From contig JAHLVW010000012.1 of assembly GCA_019058275.1 (NCBI GenBank), positions 1-61,807 on the forward strand: DNA of 61,807 nt, in the 5' to 3' direction. The stretch comes from Candidatus Heimdallarchaeota archaeon. GTDB taxonomy: Archaea > Asgardarchaeota > Heimdallarchaeia > JABLTI01. The position numbers and the translations under genes were made by a program. Positions 32,022 to 42,301 of the stretch are shown in pieces; the first letter of the stretch is position 1, and each line of letters starts with the position of its first letter. The notes below the pieces were generated by a model. It did no database searches and had not been told where the DNA came from. It saw only the letters and a program-made list of their open reading frames with translations.

Positions 32022-33416
32022 TTACGCAGATCTCAGATGATATTCTTTTCGATATTCAGGAACTCTTGCCCAGATACCCATAGTATTTCGTAAATCAGCT
32101 GCAAATGTTAAAGATTGATCTGCTTCACCATGTATAACAAACGTTTTCCAAGGTTTCTTCTTTATTTTAGCAATATGTTTCTTAAGTTCCAGCTTATCTG
32201 CGTGAGCACTGAATCCTCTTATCATTTTTACTTTTGATCTTATTATTACATTCTTCTCATAAATCTCTACTTTTTCTGCTCCATCAACAATTTTTCTACC
32301 AAGAGTACCTTTTGCTTGGTATCCAACAAACAATATCACAGATTTTCTAGTAGGTAATTCGTTTATTAGATGGCTCAATATTCTACCTCCTGTACACATT
32401 CCAGATCCGGCAAAGACAACACAGGTTTCCCATCCTGTAAGAATGTTCCTTGATTCACGATGAGATTTGGAAAATTTCAGTTCGGGGAATCTTAAAGGAT
32501 TGTCTCCTGATTTCAACAATTTTAGTGTTTCTTTATCAAAACACTCTGGATGTTTTAGATAAATCTTAGTAGCATCAATTGCCATAGGAGAATCAATGTA
32601 TACTGGTGTCTTATCTACTATCTCTTTTTCATATATTTCATTTAAGAAATAAATTAGTAATTGTGTTCTGCCTATTGTAAATGAAGGTATGATTAATTTT
32701 CCACCTTCTTTTGTTACATGTTGTACATATTTATACAAAAGGTTTCGAGCCTTTTCCAGTTGTGGATGTATACGATTCCCATAAGTTGATTCTGTGAGTA
32801 AATAATGTGCTTTCTCTATTGGATCAGGATTCTTGATAATTGGGGTATCATTTTGTCCCAGATCCCCAGTAAATGCTATAATTGTTCCATCAAAATCTAA
32901 AATCGGTTGAGCTGAACCTAAGATGTGTCCAGCATCGATGAATTTTAAATTAACATGATTCTCAATTGATTCTGTGTTATGGTAAGGTACTGTTACAAAA
33001 TGCTTGAGAGCATTATATACATCCTCTTCATCATACAATGGTTTTAAACTGACTTTTTTACCAGACTTTTGTTCTTTGCGAGCATCTATTTTTGATATTT
33101 TTACTGCATCTAACAATAATATACGCACTAGGTCTTTCGTTGCTGGTGTGCAATAAACTGAGCCTTCAAATCCTCTTTGAAATAATAGTGGAATTCTTCC
33201 TGAATGATCAATATGTGCATGAGATAAAACAACAGAATCAATTGTTGTTGGGTCAAATGAAATTCTTTTATTATGGTGATGAGGAATTCCTTGTATCATC
33301 CCACAATCCAATAAAATACTTTTTTTTCCGGCTTTAATTAAATGTGCACTACCAGTTGTTCTTGCAACAGCTCCATGGAAACTTATCGATAAATTCAAGT
33401 CAGTTTTCTCCTTCAT
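32022..33416 (-). CDS. Metallo-beta-lactamase beta-CASP ribonuclease
   Basis: TGS, LDCG, SHAHIDHSG, AGHILGSA, ESTYG, GSGMCTGGR, FSAHAD and IHGE motifs. Confidence 0.95.
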   Translation of the reverse strand: MKEKTDLNLSISFHGAVARTTGSAHLIKAGKKSILLDCGMIQGIPHHHNKRISFDPTTIDSVVLSHAHIDHSGRIPLLFQRGFEGSVYCTPATKDLVRILLLDAVKISKIDARKEQKSGKKVSLKPLYDEEDVYNALKHFVTVPYHNTESIENHVNLKFIDAGHILGSAQPILDFDGTIIAFTGDLGQNDTPIIKNPDPIEKAHYLLTESTYGNRIHPQLEKARNLLYKYVQHVTKEGGKLIIPSFTIGRTQLLIYFLNEIYEKEIVDKTPVYIDSPMAIDATKIYLKHPECFDKETLKLLKSGDNPLRFPELKFSKSHRESRNILTGWETCVVFAGSGMCTGGRILSHLINELPTRKSVILFVGYQAKGTLGRKIVDGAEKVEIYEKNVIIRSKVKMIRGFSAHADKLELKKHIAKIKKKPWKTFVIHGEADQSLTFAADLRNTMGIWARVPEYRKEYHLRSA

Positions 33417-33607
33417 TTATGTAATCTCAAGTATAAAGCAAGCTTTTTTGTAATTTTTGCTTAAATTTGCAATATAAGAGAAATTTATATCTTGAAACAT
33501 ATAGTTCAACATAAGTTTTAATTGAATGATATATTTTAGTATTAAGGCAATAAAGCTAATTAGCTTATCTGCTCTATTACTAGAATAGTTGTTGGAAAGC
33601 TTCGTGT

Positions 33608-36600
33608 GTGGATTCGCAAATGTTTGAGAATATAGAAAAAGCGAGATTGTTGCTAAAACCAGGATCTTATCGAGCTGCAGTTGATGAATTCTTTAAGCTT
33701 ATCAACGAGCTCAAAAAGAAAGGTAATAATGATGAAGCATCAAGATTGCTAGTTGAGATTACATCCAATATTGAAAAGACAAAAGATAAACGTCTAATTT
33801 ATCAAACTGCTGAAATGCTCGTCCAGGAAATTGATGGTTTTAAGAAGAAGGAAATAAGGAAATTTTATGATGAAGTTGATCCATTCCTAACTTTAACAAA
33901 GGATACCTATAGACAAGAAGATAAGCAATTTGATAAAGCTGGTTCTATAGCAGAAGCTCAGATTGATTTTTACAAACAAATTGGTAAAGATGCCGTACCA
34001 GTTATAGTCGAAGCAGCTAATGATTATAGCAAATGGGCAACAAGAAACTTAGGAAAAGTAAGAGCAAGAGAAGAAGAAAAAAAAATAGGCAATGAGTACA
34101 TCAAAAAAGCAGAAGAGATGTACAAACTTGCTAAACAAGAAGAGAAAATTATTGAAACATACATAAAAATCTTTGAGAAGTATATTGAAGTAAACAACCA
34201 AAACGCTGCTGAGAAAATCCTAGATCAAACTGTTGAAATCTTATTAAAATTAAAAGCTGATGAAGTCAAAATCGTTAGTGTAACTGAAAGTTTAATGAGT
34301 GCTTTTGTTACTTTTATTGAGTTTCAGATTTCTGACATATTAAATCCAGAAATGCAAATTACTAAATTAGAAGCAGTTCATTTCGATAATAATTCTGCAA
34401 TTCGTATTATCCAACACGCGAAAGACATATGCATTAATAGAAAGGCACCAGCTGCAATTAGTATTTTAGCTAAAGAGCTTGCATTGATTGGTTTAGCTAT
34501 TTTTGAAAAGGGTTTATACGATACAGCGATTCCATATTACGATGCTGCAAAAGATTACTATTTAGAAATTGGTAATGATACTGAGACTCTTGCATTTGGA
34601 AGAGATTTAATTATTCTTGGTTTACAACTCTATACAGATGAAAGAACACCTGTTGGTAGAGATTTCTTTCATATAGCAGTTGATATCGGACAGAAGATAG
34701 ACAAAAATTTTGAAGTAACTGTTTATCTTAGTCAAGCAGAATTGTTCCTAAAATACAATAAGTTTCAACTTGCTGTTGAATCATACAAAATGATGATTGA
34801 TCCATTAAAGGAACTTCCTGAAAATGAATTACGAATGGACAGTCCAAGTAATATCCGTCAAATAGCTAGAGAACGTTTTGAAAAGAATGATTTTCATTAT
34901 GCAGAATTGTTCTATCGGTTAGTTGCTGATTTCTTTATAGCTTTTGATCAAATTGATCTTGCAGCTGACACCTATGACTCTGTATGGCAAGATATGTTTA
35001 GTGTTCGTCAATTACAAACTGGTATTGATTTAGCAAGCAAAGCAGCAGATGCTTATATCAAAGCTGGTAAGGAGGAAGAAGCTTCTGATGTTTACCTTAA
35101 GCTAGCTGAGCAATTACTTATGGAAGGACATTATGATATTGCATTAGAAAGATTAATCAAAACTGCAGATACAATTCCTGATGAACTTAAAGAACAAAAA
35201 TTCAAACCTTTAGTTATGCTAGCTACAAAATATACAGAACAATGCATTAAATCTAGAGACATTATTAATGCTCGAGAGCTTTGGAAAGCTGCTTGTGATT
35301 TTAATGAATCACTTGCTCGTTCATTAATTAAACGTGATGTTAATCTTGTAGTAGAAACCATTGAAGATCATATTAACAATGTTCGTAAATTTAGTAATGA
35401 TGAATTGAACGAAGTAACCATGGATTCTGCAAAGGGAAGTGGACAAGTCCTTTCAGAAGCAGGAGAAAATGAACGTGCTGCAAAAGTTATGGTTAGTTTT
35501 GCTACTGATTTCTTAAGAAAAAATATTACGCAATATGCTAATCCACTTTTTGAGGAGGGTGCTAGGGAATTTATAAAAGCAAATCAACCCGAAGAAGCTG
35601 CTCGAATTCTTTCTGCTCTAGCGCGATATCACTCAGAGAATGGCAATCATGAAAAGGCAATACAATATTATAAGATGGCTTCAATTGAAAGCGAAATGGA
35701 GATGAATCCTAAAATCCTACACAGTATTGCAGAACATTGTTTCGAAACATATTCTTCTAGATTAAATGAAGGGGCAATTGAACTTTCTGAAAGTGGTTAT
35801 CAAATTGCTGTTTCAATTGAGCTTAGTATCGGAAAAGAATCAGCAGGTAATATGGTAAGTGAAATAGCTAAAAAGTTTTTCGAAATTGAACATTATGATT
35901 ATTCTATCAAATATTATACAAGTGCTGTAGAATACTTCTTGGATTCATCAATGAGATATGCTATTGTTGTGGGAGCTGAAATAATCGAGCGAGGTAGGGA
36001 AGCATTCCAAAAACAATCGTATATAGAGTCAAATAATTTTCAACAATTAGGTATTGATACTCTTGCTAAAGCAAATCAAAAGATGCAAGCAGCTCAAACT
36101 GCTAGAATTGAGGGGGAACGTTATCTTGGAAGTGTTGTTCCTCAACTTGGATTAGGTCTTTTAAACAAAGCTATTAATTTTTATCAAGAACTAAAAGATT
36201 ATGGTTCAGCAGCTGAAATATACGTCACATTAGCTCGTTACTATATCTCATCAAATGAACTGGAAGAAGGTTCCAAACAACTTCTAGAAGCAGGGAAAAT
36301 CTACATAGATGTAAAACAGAATAACGAAGTCAAAAAACTCGTTAATCAAATAACTGACATAGCTACAGAAATAGTTGCAGGGAAAATTACTTCTAGTAAA
36401 GAGAATGAGTCAGATAGAGCACAAACGAGTCAGCTTTTCTTCAATGTAGTAGAGGAATTTTCCTCACAAATAAACGATATGGATCTAAATAGTCAGCTTA
36501 AATATAAACAATGGCAGATTTATTCCAGTGAAGGCTTACACGATTCCGCTTATCAAAGCTTAGATCGAACATATGAGAGTTTTATCCAACTTAAAAAACT

Positions 36601-39600
36601 AAAACTTGTTAGTCAATTGTCCTTAGAAATAACAACCTACTCTTTAAAGTTAATACGAGAAGAGAATTTAATTAATGCTACAAAATACCTGAATTTGACT
36701 ATTGATAAACTAAGTAAAGTATCAAAATATGAAGAAGCAGCAGTCATATGTATCAAAACTTGTGAAGAATTTCTAAAATTAGAAAATAACGAGGTTGCTG
36801 TCTCTTGGGGTATTAGAGGAGCTGAGATTTTAACGGAAGTTAATATCGCAGATGAAGCAATTAAATTCTTAGAAGAATTAGTAAATCAATTGATGGCAAA
36901 GAATAGTATTGAAAATGCCATCCTTTGTTATGGAAAGATTGCAAAGATTTTGGAATTGAATGGTCGTATTAAAGAAGTTGAAGAGACTGCTCTCAAGGTT
37001 ATGGCTTTTGGAACAGCTAATATGAAAAGTAGCAATCCTGAAGCTGGTTTACGTCTTTGGGAAGTAGCTCTAACAATTGGTTCAATTGTTGGAGAAGAAT
37101 TTACTGGAAGACTTTGCAGCATTGAAGGTCAAACCTTTTACGAAATAAGAAATTATGACAAATCAATTGAGTTATTTAAGGAAAGTTTCAGCCTCTTCAA
37201 TAGAGCTAAAAAACAAAGCAGACTTATCGATTTGGGAAATACTATTTTTACTATTGCTAGTGATTTACAAAAAGACAAAGATCTTGATACATCCTTCAAA
37301 TATTTACCGTTAGCATTTGAAGCATTAATATCTGGAAATGAATTACTTCTAGCGACTGAAAAAATGTTTGGAAATGCAAAGAATTACATTGAGCTTGGTA
37401 AAGATAAAGAAGGTAATCACATTATTAACACAGCTATTGACACATTAATTTCAAAGGGAGATATGACAGGTGGAGTTGAACGATGTTTCATTGGAGCAGC
37501 ATTGTTTATCTCTTATGGCAAGAATATTGAAGGTAGCAGATTAATTGACAAAGGAATGGAGAAAATTTCTCAGATCACTGATGAAGCAGCAATCAAGCAT
37601 CTTGCAACTGTTTGTAGAAATCAAGGTATTATTCTTCGAGATAATGACAGATTAGAAGCTTCACACATTATTCTTGCTTCTGGTATTGGTATTCTTCGAA
37701 CCATCAATGATTTAGTTGGTATTGGTCTAATTAGTATTGATCTAGGTAAAACGCTAGTTAGAAGATATGAGATGAATGCTGCTGTTGAAGCTTATAAAAA
37801 TGGTGTCCATTTACTGGCTCAAGGTGGTCAAAGCAAAGAAGCAGCTGATGTTGTGAATGAACTTATTACCGAAGGTAGAATGCAAATCGATAACAAGAAC
37901 CTTCTTGTTGGTGTTCCCCTTGTAGAACTTTCTGGTGATCTTTTCATTTCACTTGGATTCCCAGAAAGAATTATGGTTATTTCTGAGATTTTTATTAATC
38001 TTGGTGGAAAAATGCTTGCCGAGAGGAATTTCGATGTTGCTGCCCTTTACTTCTCTAAAGCAATGGATCTTGCAACTCGTGCAGGACTTACTGATTATCT
38101 TCCAAAGGTAGGTAATAGATGTATAGATTTTGGTCTCAAATTGGTAAAAGAAGAAGATCCAATTTTAGGTATTCAATTTATGAATGCTGGATCAGATTTA
38201 ATTTCTAAATTCGAAAAGAAGACAGAGAAAGCAAGTCGTGCAAATAGTAATTACTTGGAAGCAGTAGCACAGGTACTAAGTCCAGCTTATGAAAAAAGTA
38301 TCGAAGATGAGGAAGTGAGACTTGAGCTAATTGGTCAATTCGTCGATTCAACTATCAAGTTCTTCTCTCAGATAGATGCTGCAAAAGCACTTGAAGGTCT
38401 TGCTAAGATACTAATAGATTATGGAAAGAAGATACTAAAGACAAAAGATCCACGAGTTATTAGACGAATTCTTGAACCGGCATTACGTGCAGCTGAATAT
38501 GCAAAAAATACTAAACAACAAATCGAAATTGGAAATGCATATCTCGATCATGTTACTTATCTTTCAGAGATAAATAAATTCGAGTATCTTGATACAGTTG
38601 TAAATCAAGCTGTAAATATCTATCTAGAAGTTAGAGAGATTAAAGAGATTAGAAAATTCATGGGTATTTTAGCTCATAATGCTCGTGAACTTTGCTTAAA
38701 AGATTTATCAAAATCCCATGGAATTAAGATGCTTTCTATGTTGACTGATTTAGCAATTTCATTAACTCAACCAGAATTATATCCTGTCATAATTATTCCA
38801 TTAAATCATTTAAATCAACAAGCTATAGAATTGAAAGACTATGAATTAGTAATCTATGCAAGACAAAACATCCTAAGACTACTTCAGTCAATTCTATCAG
38901 CTAATTTACCTTTATCAATCTTAGGAAATATTAGCTTTGCAAATATGATTAATGAATGGTATCAAGCTTCAGAAGAGTTAGGTGCAGGTACAAATTCATT
39001 TGACAAAGCAATAAGGATCATTGACCAAGCATTACAATTAGCTGTTTTAACCCAAGAAGTAAACATTGGTTTAGCAGTAATCGACAAAGTAAATGTGATG
39101 ATAGATGTATTTACTAAGAAAAAGGTAAAAGGATTAGAGGTACTCTACGAAATCTTAGCAATTGCTTACAATGGTTTAAACCAAAGATCAAAAGTTATAG
39201 AAATAGGCACAAAATGCATGAACATCGGAAAGGAAGCTGCAGAGAAGAAAAAGTTACGAGAATCTATCAGTTTCTTAAAAACTGCAGGTAGAGTTTTTGC
39301 AGTATTAGAAGATGAAAGGTTAATAGCTGATGTTGCAATAGCCAGTGCTAGCATTGGTGATCTACGATTAAAGGATAAGAACTACAAAGAAGGTTTATAC
39401 TACTATTCTGCAGCCCTTGAAAATTACGAACTGTCGCAAGATGAAAATAGTATTCAGTTGATCGCTGGAGCAATCCAAAAGATGTTCACTACGGCTCCTG
39501 TGGAAGATGGATACATCTCATTTTTGGTTCCTGGCATGGTTTATGCAAATCGAGATAATATCAAGGAAGCTGAAGCATTAGCTGATAAGGCAATCAAACA

Positions 39601-40543
39601 AGCTGATAAAATGGTCAAAACAGGTAAAAGAGACGCTATAAGTAGCTCTGTTCCTTACCTTTTCGCAGCTATAGACATCTATGAAAGAACAGGAAATTTC
39701 ATTGAAGAAACCAAGATTTATGACACTTTTATGTTCAAATACATAGAAGCAGTTAACGATCCAAAAATCGTTGATTTATTCACCCGTATTTTAATTGGAT
39801 CACTAATTAAGAAACTACGTATTTGGGATTTCAATGCTATAACAGATTTAATTGCTCGTATTAAAGATCCAAAAGTTCTGAAGAACAAGAAATACCAAGC
39901 AATTAAAGATTCAATTAATTCATTAAAAGATGGTGAAATTATATTAGCATTACAAAAAGCTAGAAATGTCAATGTTTTATATGAACGAAGCATTGAGGAA
40001 TTTATTGACAACTATAAAGAACAGGTTAAGAATGATATCAATGAAACAGGTAAACTAAGTATTTATGATTATATGGAAAAACAACCTGTTGCACGACTTA
40101 TCAACTATTTAATTCAAGACCTCTATGCAAGAAAAGAAATCGAAGGAAAATACTTCCAAATTGGTCTTTTTGTCTCAAGTGAACAGCTTACTAAACTTCT
40201 AAATCTCTTTGATAATGAGATTGTAGAGAAGGGTAAAGCTCATGTTGCAGAAATTGCTCAAAATACTGCTCTAACTTTTGATGAAACATTAAGTGTTCTC
40301 CGTAACGAATATCTCCCACAAAAATTCCAAGCAAGATTCAATGAAGATTATTCAAGCATTTATTCATATCAACAACTTCGAAATGAAGTCAAGGATCTAG
40401 CTTTGGGATATCAAGAAATAGGCAATATTGATATCAACAAGATATCACAACAACTCAAATTCCAACCTGAAACCATTCAAAGGGAAATTGAATACTTGAT
40501 TCTTGAAGGCATGATAAACCCAAGGCTAGTAGGAAGAACTTAA
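33608..40543 (+). CDS. Giant TPR/SNAP-like alpha-solenoid protein with C-terminal tandem winged-helix (UFL1/PCI-like) domains
   Basis: 2311-aa uninterrupted ORF with repeated A..Y..A...F/Y helical pairs. The C-terminus carries three wHTH-like units (GKLSI.., GKAHVAEIA.., GNIDINKIS..EIEYLILEG). Confidence 0.85.
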   Translation: MDSQMFENIEKARLLLKPGSYRAAVDEFFKLINELKKKGNNDEASRLLVEITSNIEKTKDKRLIYQTAEMLVQEIDGFKKKEIRKFYDEVDPFLTLTKDTYRQEDKQFDKAGSIAEAQIDFYKQIGKDAVPVIVEAANDYSKWATRNLGKVRAREEEKKIGNEYIKKAEEMYKLAKQEEKIIETYIKIFEKYIEVNNQNAAEKILDQTVEILLKLKADEVKIVSVTESLMSAFVTFIEFQISDILNPEMQITKLEAVHFDNNSAIRIIQHAKDICINRKAPAAISILAKELALIGLAIFEKGLYDTAIPYYDAAKDYYLEIGNDTETLAFGRDLIILGLQLYTDERTPVGRDFFHIAVDIGQKIDKNFEVTVYLSQAELFLKYNKFQLAVESYKMMIDPLKELPENELRMDSPSNIRQIARERFEKNDFHYAELFYRLVADFFIAFDQIDLAADTYDSVWQDMFSVRQLQTGIDLASKAADAYIKAGKEEEASDVYLKLAEQLLMEGHYDIALERLIKTADTIPDELKEQKFKPLVMLATKYTEQCIKSRDIINARELWKAACDFNESLARSLIKRDVNLVVETIEDHINNVRKFSNDELNEVTMDSAKGSGQVLSEAGENERAAKVMVSFATDFLRKNITQYANPLFEEGAREFIKANQPEEAARILSALARYHSENGNHEKAIQYYKMASIESEMEMNPKILHSIAEHCFETYSSRLNEGAIELSESGYQIAVSIELSIGKESAGNMVSEIAKKFFEIEHYDYSIKYYTSAVEYFLDSSMRYAIVVGAEIIERGREAFQKQSYIESNNFQQLGIDTLAKANQKMQAAQTARIEGERYLGSVVPQLGLGLLNKAINFYQELKDYGSAAEIYVTLARYYISSNELEEGSKQLLEAGKIYIDVKQNNEVKKLVNQITDIATEIVAGKITSSKENESDRAQTSQLFFNVVEEFSSQINDMDLNSQLKYKQWQIYSSEGLHDSAYQSLDRTYESFIQLKKLKLVSQLSLEITTYSLKLIREENLINATKYLNLTIDKLSKVSKYEEAAVICIKTCEEFLKLENNEVAVSWGIRGAEILTEVNIADEAIKFLEELVNQLMAKNSIENAILCYGKIAKILELNGRIKEVEETALKVMAFGTANMKSSNPEAGLRLWEVALTIGSIVGEEFTGRLCSIEGQTFYEIRNYDKSIELFKESFSLFNRAKKQSRLIDLGNTIFTIASDLQKDKDLDTSFKYLPLAFEALISGNELLLATEKMFGNAKNYIELGKDKEGNHIINTAIDTLISKGDMTGGVERCFIGAALFISYGKNIEGSRLIDKGMEKISQITDEAAIKHLATVCRNQGIILRDNDRLEASHIILASGIGILRTINDLVGIGLISIDLGKTLVRRYEMNAAVEAYKNGVHLLAQGGQSKEAADVVNELITEGRMQIDNKNLLVGVPLVELSGDLFISLGFPERIMVISEIFINLGGKMLAERNFDVAALYFSKAMDLATRAGLTDYLPKVGNRCIDFGLKLVKEEDPILGIQFMNAGSDLISKFEKKTEKASRANSNYLEAVAQVLSPAYEKSIEDEEVRLELIGQFVDSTIKFFSQIDAAKALEGLAKILIDYGKKILKTKDPRVIRRILEPALRAAEYAKNTKQQIEIGNAYLDHVTYLSEINKFEYLDTVVNQAVNIYLEVREIKEIRKFMGILAHNARELCLKDLSKSHGIKMLSMLTDLAISLTQPELYPVIIIPLNHLNQQAIELKDYELVIYARQNILRLLQSILSANLPLSILGNISFANMINEWYQASEELGAGTNSFDKAIRIIDQALQLAVLTQEVNIGLAVIDKVNVMIDVFTKKKVKGLEVLYEILAIAYNGLNQRSKVIEIGTKCMNIGKEAAEKKKLRESISFLKTAGRVFAVLEDERLIADVAIASASIGDLRLKDKNYKEGLYYYSAALENYELSQDENSIQLIAGAIQKMFTTAPVEDGYISFLVPGMVYANRDNIKEAEALADKAIKQADKMVKTGKRDAISSSVPYLFAAIDIYERTGNFIEETKIYDTFMFKYIEAVNDPKIVDLFTRILIGSLIKKLRIWDFNAITDLIARIKDPKVLKNKKYQAIKDSINSLKDGEIILALQKARNVNVLYERSIEEFIDNYKEQVKNDINETGKLSIYDYMEKQPVARLINYLIQDLYARKEIEGKYFQIGLFVSSEQLTKLLNLFDNEIVEKGKAHVAEIAQNTALTFDETLSVLRNEYLPQKFQARFNEDYSSIYSYQQLRNEVKDLALGYQEIGNIDINKISQQLKFQPETIQREIEYLILEGMINPRLVGRT

Positions 40544-40597
40544 TCTTTGGTTTGACATCTTTAGCGATGTGGTGGTTTAATTGATTTATAATTGATA

Positions 40598-41677
40598 TTA
40601 TTTGGCACCATCATAATCAATCTTACAAATAGTTGCTTTACCACCAGCAGCATTTATTGCTTTAGCAATTTTTTCTTCTTTACCTGGTGCAAGTGCTATC
40701 ATACATCCTCCTAAACCAGCACCAGTTAATTTCCCACCTAAGGCTCCTACATTTATTGACTCCTTCACAAGCTTATCCAACATAGGAATTGAAACTTCAA
40801 GATAATCTCTTAACATATCTTGTTGTTTAGTTAGTAGCTCACCTAACAATTCGATATCTTGACTTTTTTTCGATAGTTCATTTCTAGCTTGTAATGTTAT
40901 ATTCCTAATAGTTATGACACCAAACAATCTTCTGAATTCATCTTCAGTAAGAATTGATTTGAAGTTTTCTAGTTCATCAAATGTTAGAGTCGCTAATTTG
41001 AAGTCGCTTTCCTGTTTTATTTTCTCAAATCCTTTATTGATCTGGTTCTTTAGAATAGTCAATGGTTTATTGGCTGATCTTCTTATGCAACTATCACCAA
41101 TAATTATGCTATCGAAATTTGAAGTAAAGCTCTTTGTGTTATATGGAGGACCGTTACAATCTAGAGAAAATATTCCACCCAGAGAGGAGGAATATTGATC
41201 CATTATACCACAATTTACTCCCAATACTTGGTTCTCTGCTTTGAATGCAATATCTGCTATTTCCAACTTAGTTAAATTGAGATTAAGTTGATCATCCAAG
41301 GCAGTTAGCCAAGCTACTAAAAGTGCAGCAGAAGATGACAGACCAGAACCAATGGGAATATCACTAGATATTGAAATATCAAATCCAGGTATTTCATTAA
41401 TTTTTTTTTCTTCGAAAAGAACCTTAATGATAGCTCGAAAATAATCAAAATCATTAAATGCGAGGGGAAGATCTCTCATTACTGTAAATTCATGAGTTTT
41501 TTCTAATTCATGCGATTTTATTTTGATTTTATTTGATTGATTTTTTTGAAGAGTGATTGTTGTTCGAAGGTCCACAGCTGCAGGTATAACAACTAGCTTT
41601 AGATAATCTTGATGTTCACCGTACAAGCAAACTCTTCCAGGAGCGGAATAAGACTTTTCTTCTGCTGGTTTGGACAT
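40598..41677 (-). CDS. galK: Galactokinase-like GHMP kinase
   Basis: APGRVCLYGEHQDY, PIGSGLSSSAA, CGIMDQ and GKLTGAGLGG motifs. Confidence 0.85.
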   Translation of the reverse strand: MSKPAEEKSYSAPGRVCLYGEHQDYLKLVVIPAAVDLRTTITLQKNQSNKIKIKSHELEKTHEFTVMRDLPLAFNDFDYFRAIIKVLFEEKKINEIPGFDISISSDIPIGSGLSSSAALLVAWLTALDDQLNLNLTKLEIADIAFKAENQVLGVNCGIMDQYSSSLGGIFSLDCNGPPYNTKSFTSNFDSIIIGDSCIRRSANKPLTILKNQINKGFEKIKQESDFKLATLTFDELENFKSILTEDEFRRLFGVITIRNITLQARNELSKKSQDIELLGELLTKQQDMLRDYLEVSIPMLDKLVKESINVGALGGKLTGAGLGGCMIALAPGKEEKIAKAINAAGGKATICKIDYDGAK

Positions 41678-41866
41678 TTAATAGAACCACACGAAACTAA
41701 ATTTCAAACAATAATAAAATGATTACTATAAAAAGTACTATTTGACTTGTTTTGCTTATAGGGAGAGATTTATTAGAGAATAAAAAATAGAACCTAAGTA
41801 TTCTATTGTTTTAGACGATTGAATAATTTAATTTATGTTTATTGATTACAAGGAGAAAAAAAGTCA

Positions 41867-42283
41867 ATGTTAGAAAATATTGTAATTTTCTCAAAAGAGT
41901 CGAAGGATGTTGTTCTTACAGCAATGTATGGTGAACTTGATCCAACAACTGATACCTTTGCTGATTCTTTAGAAAAGATACTTGAAATTGCTGTTAAACT
42001 AGATAAGGGTGTCTTTATTCTAGATCTAGATAACAACTTTATAGCGTTAATTTTGGCAATCAAAGACCTTTCTGTTTCACTGGTTTTCAATGAAGAATAT
42101 GAAAAGAAAAACCAAGAGTCTTGGGAAAAAATTGCTAAAGAAATCATTAATGGATTCGCTAAAGTTTTTGAAATAAAAAGTGAATCTAAGTATCTCGAGT
42201 ATAAGGAGAAAATCGATGAAATAATAGAATGGCATAAAAAAGAGCTATCTCCTTTAGATAAAATGAAGGATGCACTTTGGTAA
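41867..42283 (+). CDS. Small longin-like domain protein
   Basis: 138 aa with a beta-beta-alpha-beta-beta-beta-alpha-alpha pattern (IVIFS..VVL..Y; helix; FIL..IALI..SLVF; WEKIAKEIINGF). The fold is inferred. Confidence 0.55.
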   Translation: MLENIVIFSKESKDVVLTAMYGELDPTTDTFADSLEKILEIAVKLDKGVFILDLDNNFIALILAIKDLSVSLVFNEEYEKKNQESWEKIAKEIINGFAKVFEIKSESKYLEYKEKIDEIIEWHKKELSPLDKMKDALW

Positions 42284-42301
42284 TATGGAGGTTATGAAAA
42301 T

